From a virus (Duplodnaviria; Heunggongvirae; Uroviricota; Caudoviricetes), in the IMG/VR virus record IMGVR_UViG_2534682002_000024: DNA of 40,622 nt; one strand, written 5' to 3'. The notes below the pieces were generated by a model. The model was given only the letters and a program-made list of their open reading frames with translations. It searched no databases and was not told the origin of the DNA. Positions 16,696-25,609 of this stretch are shown here, one piece after another. Position numbers and translations under genes: made by a program. The stretch's first letter is position 1. Every line of letters starts with the position of its first letter.

Positions 16696-18195
16696 TCACA
16701 AAATGAAACGGATCTGTGCTGCCAGGAAGCGGAACTGGTTAACCAGATCCGGCGTGCATAACACGTCAAGACGGTTTCGATCTGACGCATTACGCTCCAC
16801 AAGCAGATTCTTTTTAAAGGTGTCCAGATTTTCGACCAGCCCGAGTTCCACCCACTCTTCACCCAGCGAAATTAACTGAAGCTTCATGATCTCCGGCGTC
16901 ACGATATTCTGACCGGCACGAACGGGCGTCCCGTCATCAGCCAGTTTATGGCGCGGAAAACGTTGTGTGATAAAAGTACGCAGGGAATAACGCAGCCAGG
17001 AGAGGGTGTAGATGGTTTCCACATCCAGATAGCTGGGATCACTTTCGCCGTACACGTTCTGGCGATACATGGTCACCTGACGTTCGATCTGAACCACATC
17101 ACCGGCAGCCACACTGACCGTGGCAATCCCTCCCCACAGCAGACTGTTACGCTCTTCACGCGTCAGACGATCGGCCGGGGCCGGGGCCATGCGTGACGGA
17201 AGCGCCAGCGTCTGAAGCGGACGCGCAGGATCTGCCCCCAGAGACGGCGCACAGGTGGCGCAGACCGCCGCTGCCCAGAGGTAATCCGGTTCAGGGGCTT
17301 TGGGAATGAATGTGCAGGTCGCCAGAAAATCATTGCGTTTTGCCCCGAATGCCTGCACCTCACCAAACGTGCCGGTATGCGCCATCCACAGCACACCGTC
17401 AGACATTTTGGCCGGTCCCCAGCGTTTCAGAAGCTCATCACTGATGATTTTCAGGTTTGCATCATCCTTATAGGGCATGACGACATAGTTGTACTGGCGA
17501 TCGCCCATACCCGCCACGCTTCGGGTGATATCCGGGTTAGTGGCTTTTGTTTTGGGATACCCAAGTTCAATGGTCAGTCCACCCGGTGTGGTTTCTCCGT
17601 CATGATAATTAACACGGATATCATGTACGGAACATTCACCGGTAAAACGGGCATTAATTCCCATACTTCCCTTGAGTCCGCTGGCGTTATCTGCTACCTG
17701 ACCTGCATAAGCACTGAAGGGCGCATCAGCATCGGCATTAATAACAGAGACCAGAGCGTCAATAAGCTCCTTACCTTTCTGCCCCTTCGTGACAGCCAGC
17801 AGATAACGCCGACCGCCGATATAAATGTGCAGAACACCATCCTGAGAGGCGGTGCCAATTATATTCATGAGACATGCCTGAGCCTGACCGGTGCCGCTCC
17901 CCTGAGCAATGGCATACAGTTCAGCATCAGGATTGATGGCGATAAATTCCGCCACCATCAGGGCAATCATGGAGCCGCGCCCCCAGAATTCTGTTGCCTG
18001 AGACGCACGGGTGATCCTGACCGGAACATCCAGAACACCGGCACCGTCCACGGCATTCTCTTTCATTCTCGCCTGACCAAACAGCAGCACACACTGACGC
18101 TGTGCCGGAGTGCCGGTGACAGCCATGGAGTTATTAAACTCAACCTCAATCAGCGGTATACGGCGGTCATTACCGATCCCGTCAAAATTAATCAT
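16696..18195 (-). CDS. Contractile tail sheath protein (Mu L-like)
   Basis: 499 aa; size and position typical of myovirus sheath. Confidence 0.8.
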   Translation of the reverse strand: MINFDGIGNDRRIPLIEVEFNNSMAVTGTPAQRQCVLLFGQARMKENAVDGAGVLDVPVRITRASQATEFWGRGSMIALMVAEFIAINPDAELYAIAQGSGTGQAQACLMNIIGTASQDGVLHIYIGGRRYLLAVTKGQKGKELIDALVSVINADADAPFSAYAGQVADNASGLKGSMGINARFTGECSVHDIRVNYHDGETTPGGLTIELGYPKTKATNPDITRSVAGMGDRQYNYVVMPYKDDANLKIISDELLKRWGPAKMSDGVLWMAHTGTFGEVQAFGAKRNDFLATCTFIPKAPEPDYLWAAAVCATCAPSLGADPARPLQTLALPSRMAPAPADRLTREERNSLLWGGIATVSVAAGDVVQIERQVTMYRQNVYGESDPSYLDVETIYTLSWLRYSLRTFITQRFPRHKLADDGTPVRAGQNIVTPEIMKLQLISLGEEWVELGLVENLDTFKKNLLVERNASDRNRLDVLCTPDLVNQFRFLAAQIRFIL

Positions 18196-18437
18196 TGCGG
18201 TTTCTCCTTATCGGATGCCGGTTGGGCGACCGGTTTTTCTGTCGCAGTCGTTGCATCCGCAGATACAGCCGGAGCCTCTTCAGCGGCTTTTTCAGCCTGA
18301 ATGACATCGCCGTCATCAAGACGCCGACACCAGAACGGCGTAAAGGGCTTTTCCTCCCCCTCCTGTGCCAGCGGGCGCATTGTGTCGGGATCACGAATCA
18401 GGCGTCCCGGCGCGGGTTTGATAAAGATGGTTTTCAT
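18192..18437 (-). CDS. Mu gp38-like small structural/assembly protein
   Basis: 81 aa with A/E/P-rich tail, upstream of sheath. Confidence 0.5.
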   Translation of the reverse strand: MKTIFIKPAPGRLIRDPDTMRPLAQEGEEKPFTPFWCRRLDDGDVIQAEKAAEEAPAVSADATTATEKPVAQPASDKEKPQ

Positions 18438-18998
18438 TTACAGTTCCTCCGGCGGTTCGACCGCCGTTGTCGTGTTCCCCGGCAAATCAATATGTGCCTC
18501 AAACGGCGGCGTACCGGGCGGCTCCACAAAGGTTTCGTAATGACGCAGGAAGTCGTCCAGCGAGCTGATATCGGTCAGCGGTGCGATCATTTCCTCGCAG
18601 GAGAAATAAAGCGCATACATCACCGCACCACTGTCCGCCTGGGTTTCGGTGTAACCGTTGACCGCCTTTTCAAAGTAAAGCGGTGAGGTTTTTTCTGTTC
18701 TGAAGCCGTTAAGCACGGCAATCAGCCGGGCCACAATCTGATACAATCCGGGACGGCTGGCCTCACGCCCGTTGAGCATGTCGCCGATGACGTAGAACAC
18801 CCAGTGACTGACCAGGCGACCACGGGTACGGCCTTCACCGGCACCCAGCCAGGCAACGTAGATCGCCGGGGCGTTAATCAGCATGGTGCGCAGTACGCTG
18901 TCGTTCCAGTCGCCGGGATGCGTGTCAACAGACACCAGTTCATTCCCGAAATACTCACGGATACGGGCGATGTATGCCTGTTCGGTTTCCGTAATCAT
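18438..18998 (-). CDS. Mu gp37-like head-tail joining protein
   Basis: 186 aa, in the conserved block between capsid and sheath. Confidence 0.5.
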   Translation of the reverse strand: MITETEQAYIARIREYFGNELVSVDTHPGDWNDSVLRTMLINAPAIYVAWLGAGEGRTRGRLVSHWVFYVIGDMLNGREASRPGLYQIVARLIAVLNGFRTEKTSPLYFEKAVNGYTETQADSGAVMYALYFSCEEMIAPLTDISSLDDFLRHYETFVEPPGTPPFEAHIDLPGNTTTAVEPPEEL

Positions 18999-19414
18999 AT
19001 GAAGCCCTTCTGGTTGCGCCCGAATACCGCTGCATCAGACTGAACCTGTGGTAAATCCCCGGATTCAGGGGCCGCTCCGTTCGTATCCACACCTACCGGC
19101 ACATTGCCGTTCATGACATCTTTCAGCCAGGCCAGCGCCTCACGGTAACGGTCACGCGCCTGATCTGAGGCTCGCTGATCGCACAGGTAATAAAAGGCAA
19201 TCGCGCAACAGTGCTGAACAAGAACGGCCGGAATAACCTCCAGCGGCAGCGTGTAACGGGCGGACAGATAGCTGTCGATAAGGGCTGACGCATCTGTCAG
19301 CGCCCGGTTCAGCTTGCGCGTATCCGGCTCATCCGAACGGGGCACAGCCAGTAACGGCCTGAGCAAATCCTCGCGGTAACGCGCCCGCATATCGGTTTCA
19401 GTGGCGTAATTCAT
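18995..19414 (-). CDS. Mu gp36-like head-tail connector protein
   Basis: 139 aa, in the conserved block between capsid and sheath. Confidence 0.5.
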   Translation of the reverse strand: MNYATETDMRARYREDLLRPLLAVPRSDEPDTRKLNRALTDASALIDSYLSARYTLPLEVIPAVLVQHCCAIAFYYLCDQRASDQARDRYREALAWLKDVMNGNVPVGVDTNGAAPESGDLPQVQSDAAVFGRNQKGFI

Positions 19415-19809
19415 GCACGGGCCTGTTTCGCTTTGTTACCGGTCTTTTTCCAGGGAGCATCCTGTCCGGCTTCGGCTTCGGCTTCGGCTTCGGCTTCGGC
19501 TTCGGCTTCGGCTTCGGCTTCGGCTTCGGCTAAATCTGTACCGGCCACTGCATGAACCACACCCGCCACGCTCCCCGCATCATCAGCAGACGTCTGTAGT
19601 ATTCGCACAGTGAGGCATGGCTCCGCCTCCAGTCGGGCAAGCTGCTCCGGGGTGACCTCAACCTGCTGACGTCCACGCGTGAACAGAAACCCCGCACGAC
19701 GAAACGCCGAACGACTGCAACGCACTTCTGCCAGCACCGTGACAGAATTGTCACCACTGACCTGAAGACCTGAATCATCTGTTGCTGCCACAGTGTGATG
19801 TTCATTCAT
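19411..19809 (-). CDS. Mu J/gp35-like head-tail protein carrying an (EA)10 dipeptide repeat
   Basis: 132-aa ORF following the major capsid gene; contains AEAEAEAEAEAEAEAEAEAEA encoded by a hexanucleotide tandem repeat. Confidence 0.6.
   Translation of the reverse strand: MNEHHTVAATDDSGLQVSGDNSVTVLAEVRCSRSAFRRAGFLFTRGRQQVEVTPEQLARLEAEPCLTVRILQTSADDAGSVAGVVHAVAGTDLAEAEAEAEAEAEAEAEAEAEAGQDAPWKKTGNKAKQARA
19468..19530. repeat. (GGCTTC)10 perfect tandem hexanucleotide repeat inside a coding region
   Basis: Ten uninterrupted GGCTTC units plus a partial unit, read directly from the sequence; in-frame, encoding (Glu-Ala)n on the minus strand. Confidence 0.95.
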
Positions 19810-19852
19810 ATTTGCCCTCCGCAGGGGCCGGGCCGCAAGCCCGGCTCACCGT

Positions 19853-20800
19853 TTACAGATAATCCGCGACAACCAGCTCCAGCTTGCCCTTCATCTCGTT
19901 AGAGACGGTTGCGTTTCCGTCTGCGAACAGTTCACGCTCCAGCAGCTGCACCGCCTGTTTTTCCAGCGAGGTGGGGACAACAATATGGGTGGGTTTAATG
20001 CCGAGTTTGCGGCCACCGTCAGCGGTAAATTCGCGCATGGCTGACCAGCCGTGCCACAGTGCATCCAGCGTCAGCGGTGACTGCATCATGTAGGCCATCT
20101 GCCAGAAGCCGTAGCCCACATTGCGACGGGCGGATGCACCAAACACAAATTCGTTATCGGTGAATGCGCGACCTTCATCGACTTTGGTCTGGGCAACCAG
20201 TTCAGCCTTACGGCGATCCTGATAAATCAGCGGTTTTACCGCGCGGGAGCAGTCAAGCAGATACCAGGCCGGACCGCTGTAATCAGCCTGTGCGCCGACA
20301 GAGCCGGTTTTTGCCACAAACATATTGCTGACCATCTGCGCATCCCCGGAGCCATCCACTTTGGGGTAAACCGGATGTTCGGTATCAAAGAAGTTCTGAC
20401 CGTCATAGCAGGCCGCACTGATCCCGTCACGCAGGGCAGCAAAGACCAGCTCATCCGGTTGTACCGCCGCAGCGCGCCCCATCTCCTGGAACAACGGGGA
20501 ATAAATACCGAGGTTGTCGTCTTCGAAGTCATCGCGGCTAATGGCGACAGTGCCTTCAAAAGTTTTGTTCACGATGGCATAGCCATAGGCTTTCATCTTC
20601 TCGATGACGCGGGAGCCGATCCACTCACGGAACTGCGGGAACTGCCCCAGCCAGCCGTAGGTGTTGGATTTCGATGTGGAGGGCACGGTCATCGCAATTT
20701 TTTTGTACTGCGACGGGGCCATGGACATCCCGGCCTGAAAATCAGAACGGTAGCCCGTCATCAGGGCGGTGATCATCGCCGGTGTAATCGGGGTAGGCAT
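19853..20800 (-). CDS. Major head (capsid) protein, Mu T-like
   Basis: 315 aa, follows the protease/scaffold gene. Confidence 0.8.
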   Translation of the reverse strand: MPTPITPAMITALMTGYRSDFQAGMSMAPSQYKKIAMTVPSTSKSNTYGWLGQFPQFREWIGSRVIEKMKAYGYAIVNKTFEGTVAISRDDFEDDNLGIYSPLFQEMGRAAAVQPDELVFAALRDGISAACYDGQNFFDTEHPVYPKVDGSGDAQMVSNMFVAKTGSVGAQADYSGPAWYLLDCSRAVKPLIYQDRRKAELVAQTKVDEGRAFTDNEFVFGASARRNVGYGFWQMAYMMQSPLTLDALWHGWSAMREFTADGGRKLGIKPTHIVVPTSLEKQAVQLLERELFADGNATVSNEMKGKLELVVADYL

Positions 20801-21924
20801 TATTGCATTTCCTCTTTCATTTTCAGGAACTCGGCTTCGGTTTTACCCAGCAGTTTGGCGGCCGCGATATCTTCAGCCGACAGCACAGCGGTGGCAGTCT
20901 TTTTATCCGGCACGGTCACGGTGTCGGTCTGAAGGCCGGTCAGGGCCGCAACCGGCTGGCGGGCGTCAAGCTGTGCAGAAAGTGCCGCCACGCCAATCTG
21001 CCCGCCCAGTTGTTCCAGATAGCCGCGTTCACTTTTGAAGATGCGTCCTTCGGACTCGGCCTTGTCCAGCAACTGCTCCAGCGTGGTGCTGCCGTGCTGC
21101 GCCGACAGCGCAACGTATTCGGTACGCAGGGCGTTATACGTTTCAACGGGCACGTATTTCGTCAGGTCAATACTGCCGCCAGCCGGTGTGCCTTTTGCAG
21201 TTTCCAGCTCTGCCGACAGACTGGCGACCTGTGTTTTCAGGTTGTCGTGTGCATCCGCACGGGTTTTGATCCCGGTGAGGGCAGACAGCGCTGCCGTGCC
21301 CAGCTCCGGCGTAAATTCGTCACCGTCAGCCACGGTCAGACCGAGCGCCGTCAGCAACTGGCGTAATTGCTCATTCATGGAGGTATCCTTTAAAGGAGGG
21401 TTTAAGGCGTTATAAAGGTCATCCGCCGACAGTGCGGCGACAGGATTCATGCCGGTCAGACCGGGGTCACCGGTAATAGCCAGCATCCGAAGTTCGACAG
21501 GTTCGCCGGTGCTCTCGTCATAGCCAATCACCGGTGAAAACCAGGGGAATTCGTTATTACGCAGATGTTCAAGGGCCGGAGGGTTCCACTTCGGGCGCAC
21601 CTCGAAACCTCGCTCTTCACTGAAGCGAAAATTCTCCGGTGAGGCCATCACAAAACCGGCAGCCGGTGCCGGATGTCCCTCAATCAGGGTCTGGTGGTTG
21701 TAGTCAATTTTCACCGGCTGATTGAGCGCCACAACACGGGAGACCATGCGCTCAACGGCTGCATGGTTGATCAGCCAGCCCTCGGCCGGTTTTTCCGGGC
21801 GACCGTCACGGGCCTTTACCCGACCGGCTGGCATGATCTGACACCAGTCACCGTCCCCGTCTGCGGACAGGCTGATGGCATTCAGAATGGCATAAGCAAG
21901 TTTGGGCGTGTTTTTCGTCTTCAT
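20800..21924 (-). CDS. Head protease/scaffold protein, Mu I-like
   Basis: 374 aa with coiled-coil, Ala-rich C-terminal half typical of scaffolds; immediately upstream of the capsid gene. Confidence 0.75.
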   Translation of the reverse strand: MKTKNTPKLAYAILNAISLSADGDGDWCQIMPAGRVKARDGRPEKPAEGWLINHAAVERMVSRVVALNQPVKIDYNHQTLIEGHPAPAAGFVMASPENFRFSEERGFEVRPKWNPPALEHLRNNEFPWFSPVIGYDESTGEPVELRMLAITGDPGLTGMNPVAALSADDLYNALNPPLKDTSMNEQLRQLLTALGLTVADGDEFTPELGTAALSALTGIKTRADAHDNLKTQVASLSAELETAKGTPAGGSIDLTKYVPVETYNALRTEYVALSAQHGSTTLEQLLDKAESEGRIFKSERGYLEQLGGQIGVAALSAQLDARQPVAALTGLQTDTVTVPDKKTATAVLSAEDIAAAKLLGKTEAEFLKMKEEMQ

Positions 21925-22100
21925 TCCGGCAGCATAGGCCGGGAATTTTCAGGGCGGGTTTTGCGGGATTTCAGGAAGTGCTTTCAGGGGAAAAATACAA
22001 AGGCGCTTCACGCAGATTTTAAAGCCCGTTAAATTCAGGTTAGAAAATCACGACACGCGCCTGAAGGGGGTAAGGTAATGCATTTGCATACCTTAAACAA

Positions 22101-22574
22101 TTAAGGCGTTTCTGTGGCCTTTTTAAAGCGTTTTCTGATTTCGTCCATGATCTCCTGCTCTGCCACCTGATCAAAGCCCATATACGGACGTGCACCAATG
22201 GCCGCCGGTCCAGGCGGCATACCTGGCAGGCCCCCCCACTGATGAATGGCCGCATAAGGCTCATTTGATCCAATCAGCGCCCAGGTATCGCCATAATCCG
22301 TGGTCAGGCGTCGGGCCAGATCGCCGTTCAGCGTCAGGATTTTGCCGGGCATGTATCCCTTACGGGTACGCCACTTGCGGTAAGGATCTGACCAGTCATG
22401 CCAGCGTTCGCCGTCCGGCTCTTTTTCCTGTTCAAACGCCATTTCTGACGATGACAGAAGGCTGGACGCCACACTGCGGGTCAGGTCTTTTCCACCACCC
22501 ACAAACTGAAGCCGGGCAAAGACCCGCTGGAGACGCGTAACGTCAACAACGACAGCGGCATCAATGGATGACAT
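22101..22574 (-). CDS. Virion morphogenesis protein, Mu G-like
   Basis: 157 aa between the F-like and I-like genes. Confidence 0.65.
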   Translation of the reverse strand: MSSIDAAVVVDVTRLQRVFARLQFVGGGKDLTRSVASSLLSSSEMAFEQEKEPDGERWHDWSDPYRKWRTRKGYMPGKILTLNGDLARRLTTDYGDTWALIGSNEPYAAIHQWGGLPGMPPGPAAIGARPYMGFDQVAEQEIMDEIRKRFKKATETP

Positions 22575-22695
22575 ATTGCCTCCGCATAAAGGATGAATAT
22601 AAAATAAACAGGCGGTCAGTGTACGCTTAACTGGTAAAGTCGGTGCCTGCCTCCGGGTGGATCATGTATGCGGGTTCGACCCCCGCCACTGACCG

Positions 22696-24027
22696 TTAAT
22701 CAATATCTCCTTCCAGTACCTCAAGCATTCCGCCCCGGATATCCGATTTCAGCTTATCCATATTGATAACCCGGTAAGCATTAACAATCACATCCAGTTT
22801 ATCCGGCTGACGCTTCAGGCTGTACGGTGCATTAACGGCAATCTGCACACTGCCATCCTGATTTTCCACGATATACATCAGATTGTTGTGCCGTTTGTCC
22901 CACAGTACCGCTTTTGGCCTTGCCAGCATTGCCGGTAAGCGCCCGAAATCCTCCGGCGTCAGGGCGATACCGTCATTCTGATGTTTCATGCTGTCCGCAT
23001 GGAGCACATTTTTACCGCTCATCGCCAGCAGGCGGGCCGGTGGCGTTCCCGTCCGGCTTTCCACCGCCTGCGCAATGCTTTCGGTCATAAAGCCCAGCGT
23101 GCGGATATCGTTACCGCCTCGCCGGGTTTTCATGATGTTTTTTGCCCAGATGCGGAACGCCAGTTGCCGCTCCGGGCTGTTGTTCATCTCCTGAACCACC
23201 ATTTCCCGCAGCGCCGGGCTTTTCACCTCGATCAGTTTACGGATCAGCGCCTGGTCTGTGCCGAACGCCGCCGAACCGGGGTTATATGACCAGCCCACAT
23301 CCGGTGTCATGGTTCTGGTGCCATCTGAATATGTGGTCACCGGCATTTCTCTGACTTCCCCGGTCTGCTTATCCACGCCAGCCTCAACATTGCGGGTGGA
23401 GAGATGATCCTGACCGGATGAAACGGATAACCCCATCGCATCCAGACGGGCCTGAGACAATGGCCGGACACGGCAGCGACAGTTCCAGCCATTGGGCGGG
23501 TAGTGTGTATTCCAGAACGGATCGTCATAGCGGAATACCAGACCGTTAAGGGCGGAATGCGCCGGGCGGGTGCGGCTGTCCATCACCGCCACATACTGCC
23601 AGAACGGATGCGTGTCCGTGTTGTTCATCATCTGCGTGTAACGCCCGGCATTGTAAGCCACACGGGTGTTCACGTTGTAAATCAGCGCCAGACGGCGGGG
23701 ACTGCCCAGCTGCACTTCTTCCGCGTTACCGGCACTGTCCACCACAATCTGTTTTCCCCACCATCCCAGCTTTTGCAGGCGGGGTGTCAGTGTGCGGATA
23801 AATGCTTTCTGTGAAATCCCCTCATCAACAGCACGCTGCACTTCCGCCTGTAGTGTGGTCAGTACGTCCAGGCGTGCCACTTTTGCCGCCGTGAATGAAC
23901 GGGCATGAACATCTGCGTTTGTTTCGAACCAGTTCCAGCTGATATGCGCCCCTTTGGCGCGGAAGTATGCCACCGCCTCTTTTGAGGGAAGCGTGGCGGC
24001 ATAACCTAAATCAATCCCCTGTGCCAT
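22696..24027 (-). CDS. Head morphogenesis protein, Mu F-like (minor head protein)
   Basis: 443 aa following the portal gene. Confidence 0.75.
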   Translation of the reverse strand: MAQGIDLGYAATLPSKEAVAYFRAKGAHISWNWFETNADVHARSFTAAKVARLDVLTTLQAEVQRAVDEGISQKAFIRTLTPRLQKLGWWGKQIVVDSAGNAEEVQLGSPRRLALIYNVNTRVAYNAGRYTQMMNNTDTHPFWQYVAVMDSRTRPAHSALNGLVFRYDDPFWNTHYPPNGWNCRCRVRPLSQARLDAMGLSVSSGQDHLSTRNVEAGVDKQTGEVREMPVTTYSDGTRTMTPDVGWSYNPGSAAFGTDQALIRKLIEVKSPALREMVVQEMNNSPERQLAFRIWAKNIMKTRRGGNDIRTLGFMTESIAQAVESRTGTPPARLLAMSGKNVLHADSMKHQNDGIALTPEDFGRLPAMLARPKAVLWDKRHNNLMYIVENQDGSVQIAVNAPYSLKRQPDKLDVIVNAYRVINMDKLKSDIRGGMLEVLEGDID

Positions 24028-25609
24028 CCAGCATCCCCTTCATTTCCGCAGCAAACATGGCATCACTGAGCAGCGTCATCAGGCGGGAATCATCCATTTC
24101 ACGGTAAAGGGCAGGCAGGTCTGCCAGTGCCTCCGCCAGCCCCCGCGTTCTGATGGCTTCAATGACCGGCTCCAGTACCGGGTCGATGGCCTCCTGTAAC
24201 CGGCGGGCAGGCACCGCATCCCCCATGTCGTCCAGTTCATCTCGGGGGCTGCTCTTCGCTTCCGGCAGTCTGGCAGCCAGCGCTGTCTGCTCTGTCTTCT
24301 CCTGTTTTTCCGGTGGCATCTCTTTGTCTGTCTGAGCAGGTTCATTGCCACTCTGACGGACACGGAAGATGGCTTCACCGGGGGCAGGCTGTGGAATACC
24401 GGTCTGCTCCCGTACCCAGGGATCAGGAATATCCATCCCCGTACTGAGCTGCATCACCGCACTGGTGATTTTGGTGATATCCCCCGGCTCTTTTGTCTGG
24501 AAACAGATACGCGGCAGGCGACGGATATCAATGGCGTGGGCGGTGTTCAGGGCATACAGCGGATACACCAGATCGCGGTTCAGCGTGGCGGCCAGCTGGC
24601 GTAAATCAGAATCCCTGATTTCCCGGCGCACCTCGTTATGCACTTCACCCAGCGAGCGCGCGCCTTTGTCTCCGGCTTCCGTGGTCAGCGTGCCGCCGAG
24701 TATTGCTTTGGAGATGGAACGCTCCCCCCACGAAATCATGGTTTCAAACGGATCGGCCTGACCGTTCGCGGCTGCCTGAAACTCCAGCGACATCCCGGCC
24801 GGGATGATCCCGCCTGTACGTCGCCCGATATCCATCACCGCCCGCATCAGGGCGCTTTTCTGCTCCGGTGTTGCCCCGGACGGGTATTTACCGACCTTCA
24901 TCGGCAGGCCGTACACCTCCAGAAATTCAGCCAGATCGCGCACGGAATAGTTTTTGAAAATGAACGGCCAGATAAGCGTTCTGACAAGCCCTGTTGCGCC
25001 GCCGTAACCGGTGCGTGAACGTGACTGATGCACTATCCAGCCAAAGGGCTGAAACGCCACCCCGGCATGGCTGCCGTCACGCAGCCGCAGTTCGCTCAAA
25101 TCATCCGGGTTAAGGCAGAAATGCCCGCTGTCACGCCAGCGGATGGCGCGGATGATGTGCATTTTACCGAGCATCCCGTGCTCAATCTCCATGCAGGAAT
25201 AGCCTTTCAGGATGGCATCGGTGGCATCAAACAGCATGGCATCAAACCAGTCGGCGGAATGCAGGTATTCGTCGAGCATTTCCGCGTCCTTTTTCTCATT
25301 CGCGCTGGCGTTCGGGGGCGGCTCAATACTCCAGGGCACCCCCTGAATGGCAAGACGTCGCTTGCCCAGCTCTGCAAAAAGATGGGTATCCTTTTCTTCA
25401 ATGTCAGCGGCCAGATCGGACTGGGCAATCAGATCGCCACGTTCAGCCCCGCGAAGGCACTGTGCCGCCCGGTTCGGGGTGATACCCGAGGCCGGATGTT
25501 CAATATAACGGCTGGCAATCTGCGGAATATCCAGCGCGGCACTCTGCATCTCCGGGTCAAAGGAGAAAGGTTTTCCGTCAAGATCAATTATACGTCCCAC
25601 TACCAGCAC
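24011..25609 (-). CDS. Portal protein (Mu gp29 / DUF935-like)
   Basis: 532 aa directly after the large terminase, with an acidic C-terminal tail. Confidence 0.8.
   Translation of the reverse strand: MLVVGRIIDLDGKPFSFDPEMQSAALDIPQIASRYIEHPASGITPNRAAQCLRGAERGDLIAQSDLAADIEEKDTHLFAELGKRRLAIQGVPWSIEPPPNASANEKKDAEMLDEYLHSADWFDAMLFDATDAILKGYSCMEIEHGMLGKMHIIRAIRWRDSGHFCLNPDDLSELRLRDGSHAGVAFQPFGWIVHQSRSRTGYGGATGLVRTLIWPFIFKNYSVRDLAEFLEVYGLPMKVGKYPSGATPEQKSALMRAVMDIGRRTGGIIPAGMSLEFQAAANGQADPFETMISWGERSISKAILGGTLTTEAGDKGARSLGEVHNEVRREIRDSDLRQLAATLNRDLVYPLYALNTAHAIDIRRLPRICFQTKEPGDITKITSAVMQLSTGMDIPDPWVREQTGIPQPAPGEAIFRVRQSGNEPAQTDKEMPPEKQEKTEQTALAARLPEAKSSPRDELDDMGDAVPARRLQEAIDPVLEPVIEAIRTRGLAEALADLPALYREMDDSRLMTLLSDAMFAAEMKGMLDGTGD

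Noticed and set aside
17377-18300. 307-aa plus-strand ORF antisense to the tail sheath gene
   Set aside because: Same reasoning: no independent start signals and a composition typical of antisense frames.
19468-19530. Tandem repeat considered as a CRISPR array or minisatellite
   Set aside because: The units are 6 bp with no spacers and sit inside a coding frame; it is a coding microsatellite, not CRISPR.
20375-21415. Several plus-strand ORFs antisense to capsid and scaffold genes
   Set aside because: They overlap conserved head genes on the opposite strand and have no RBS.
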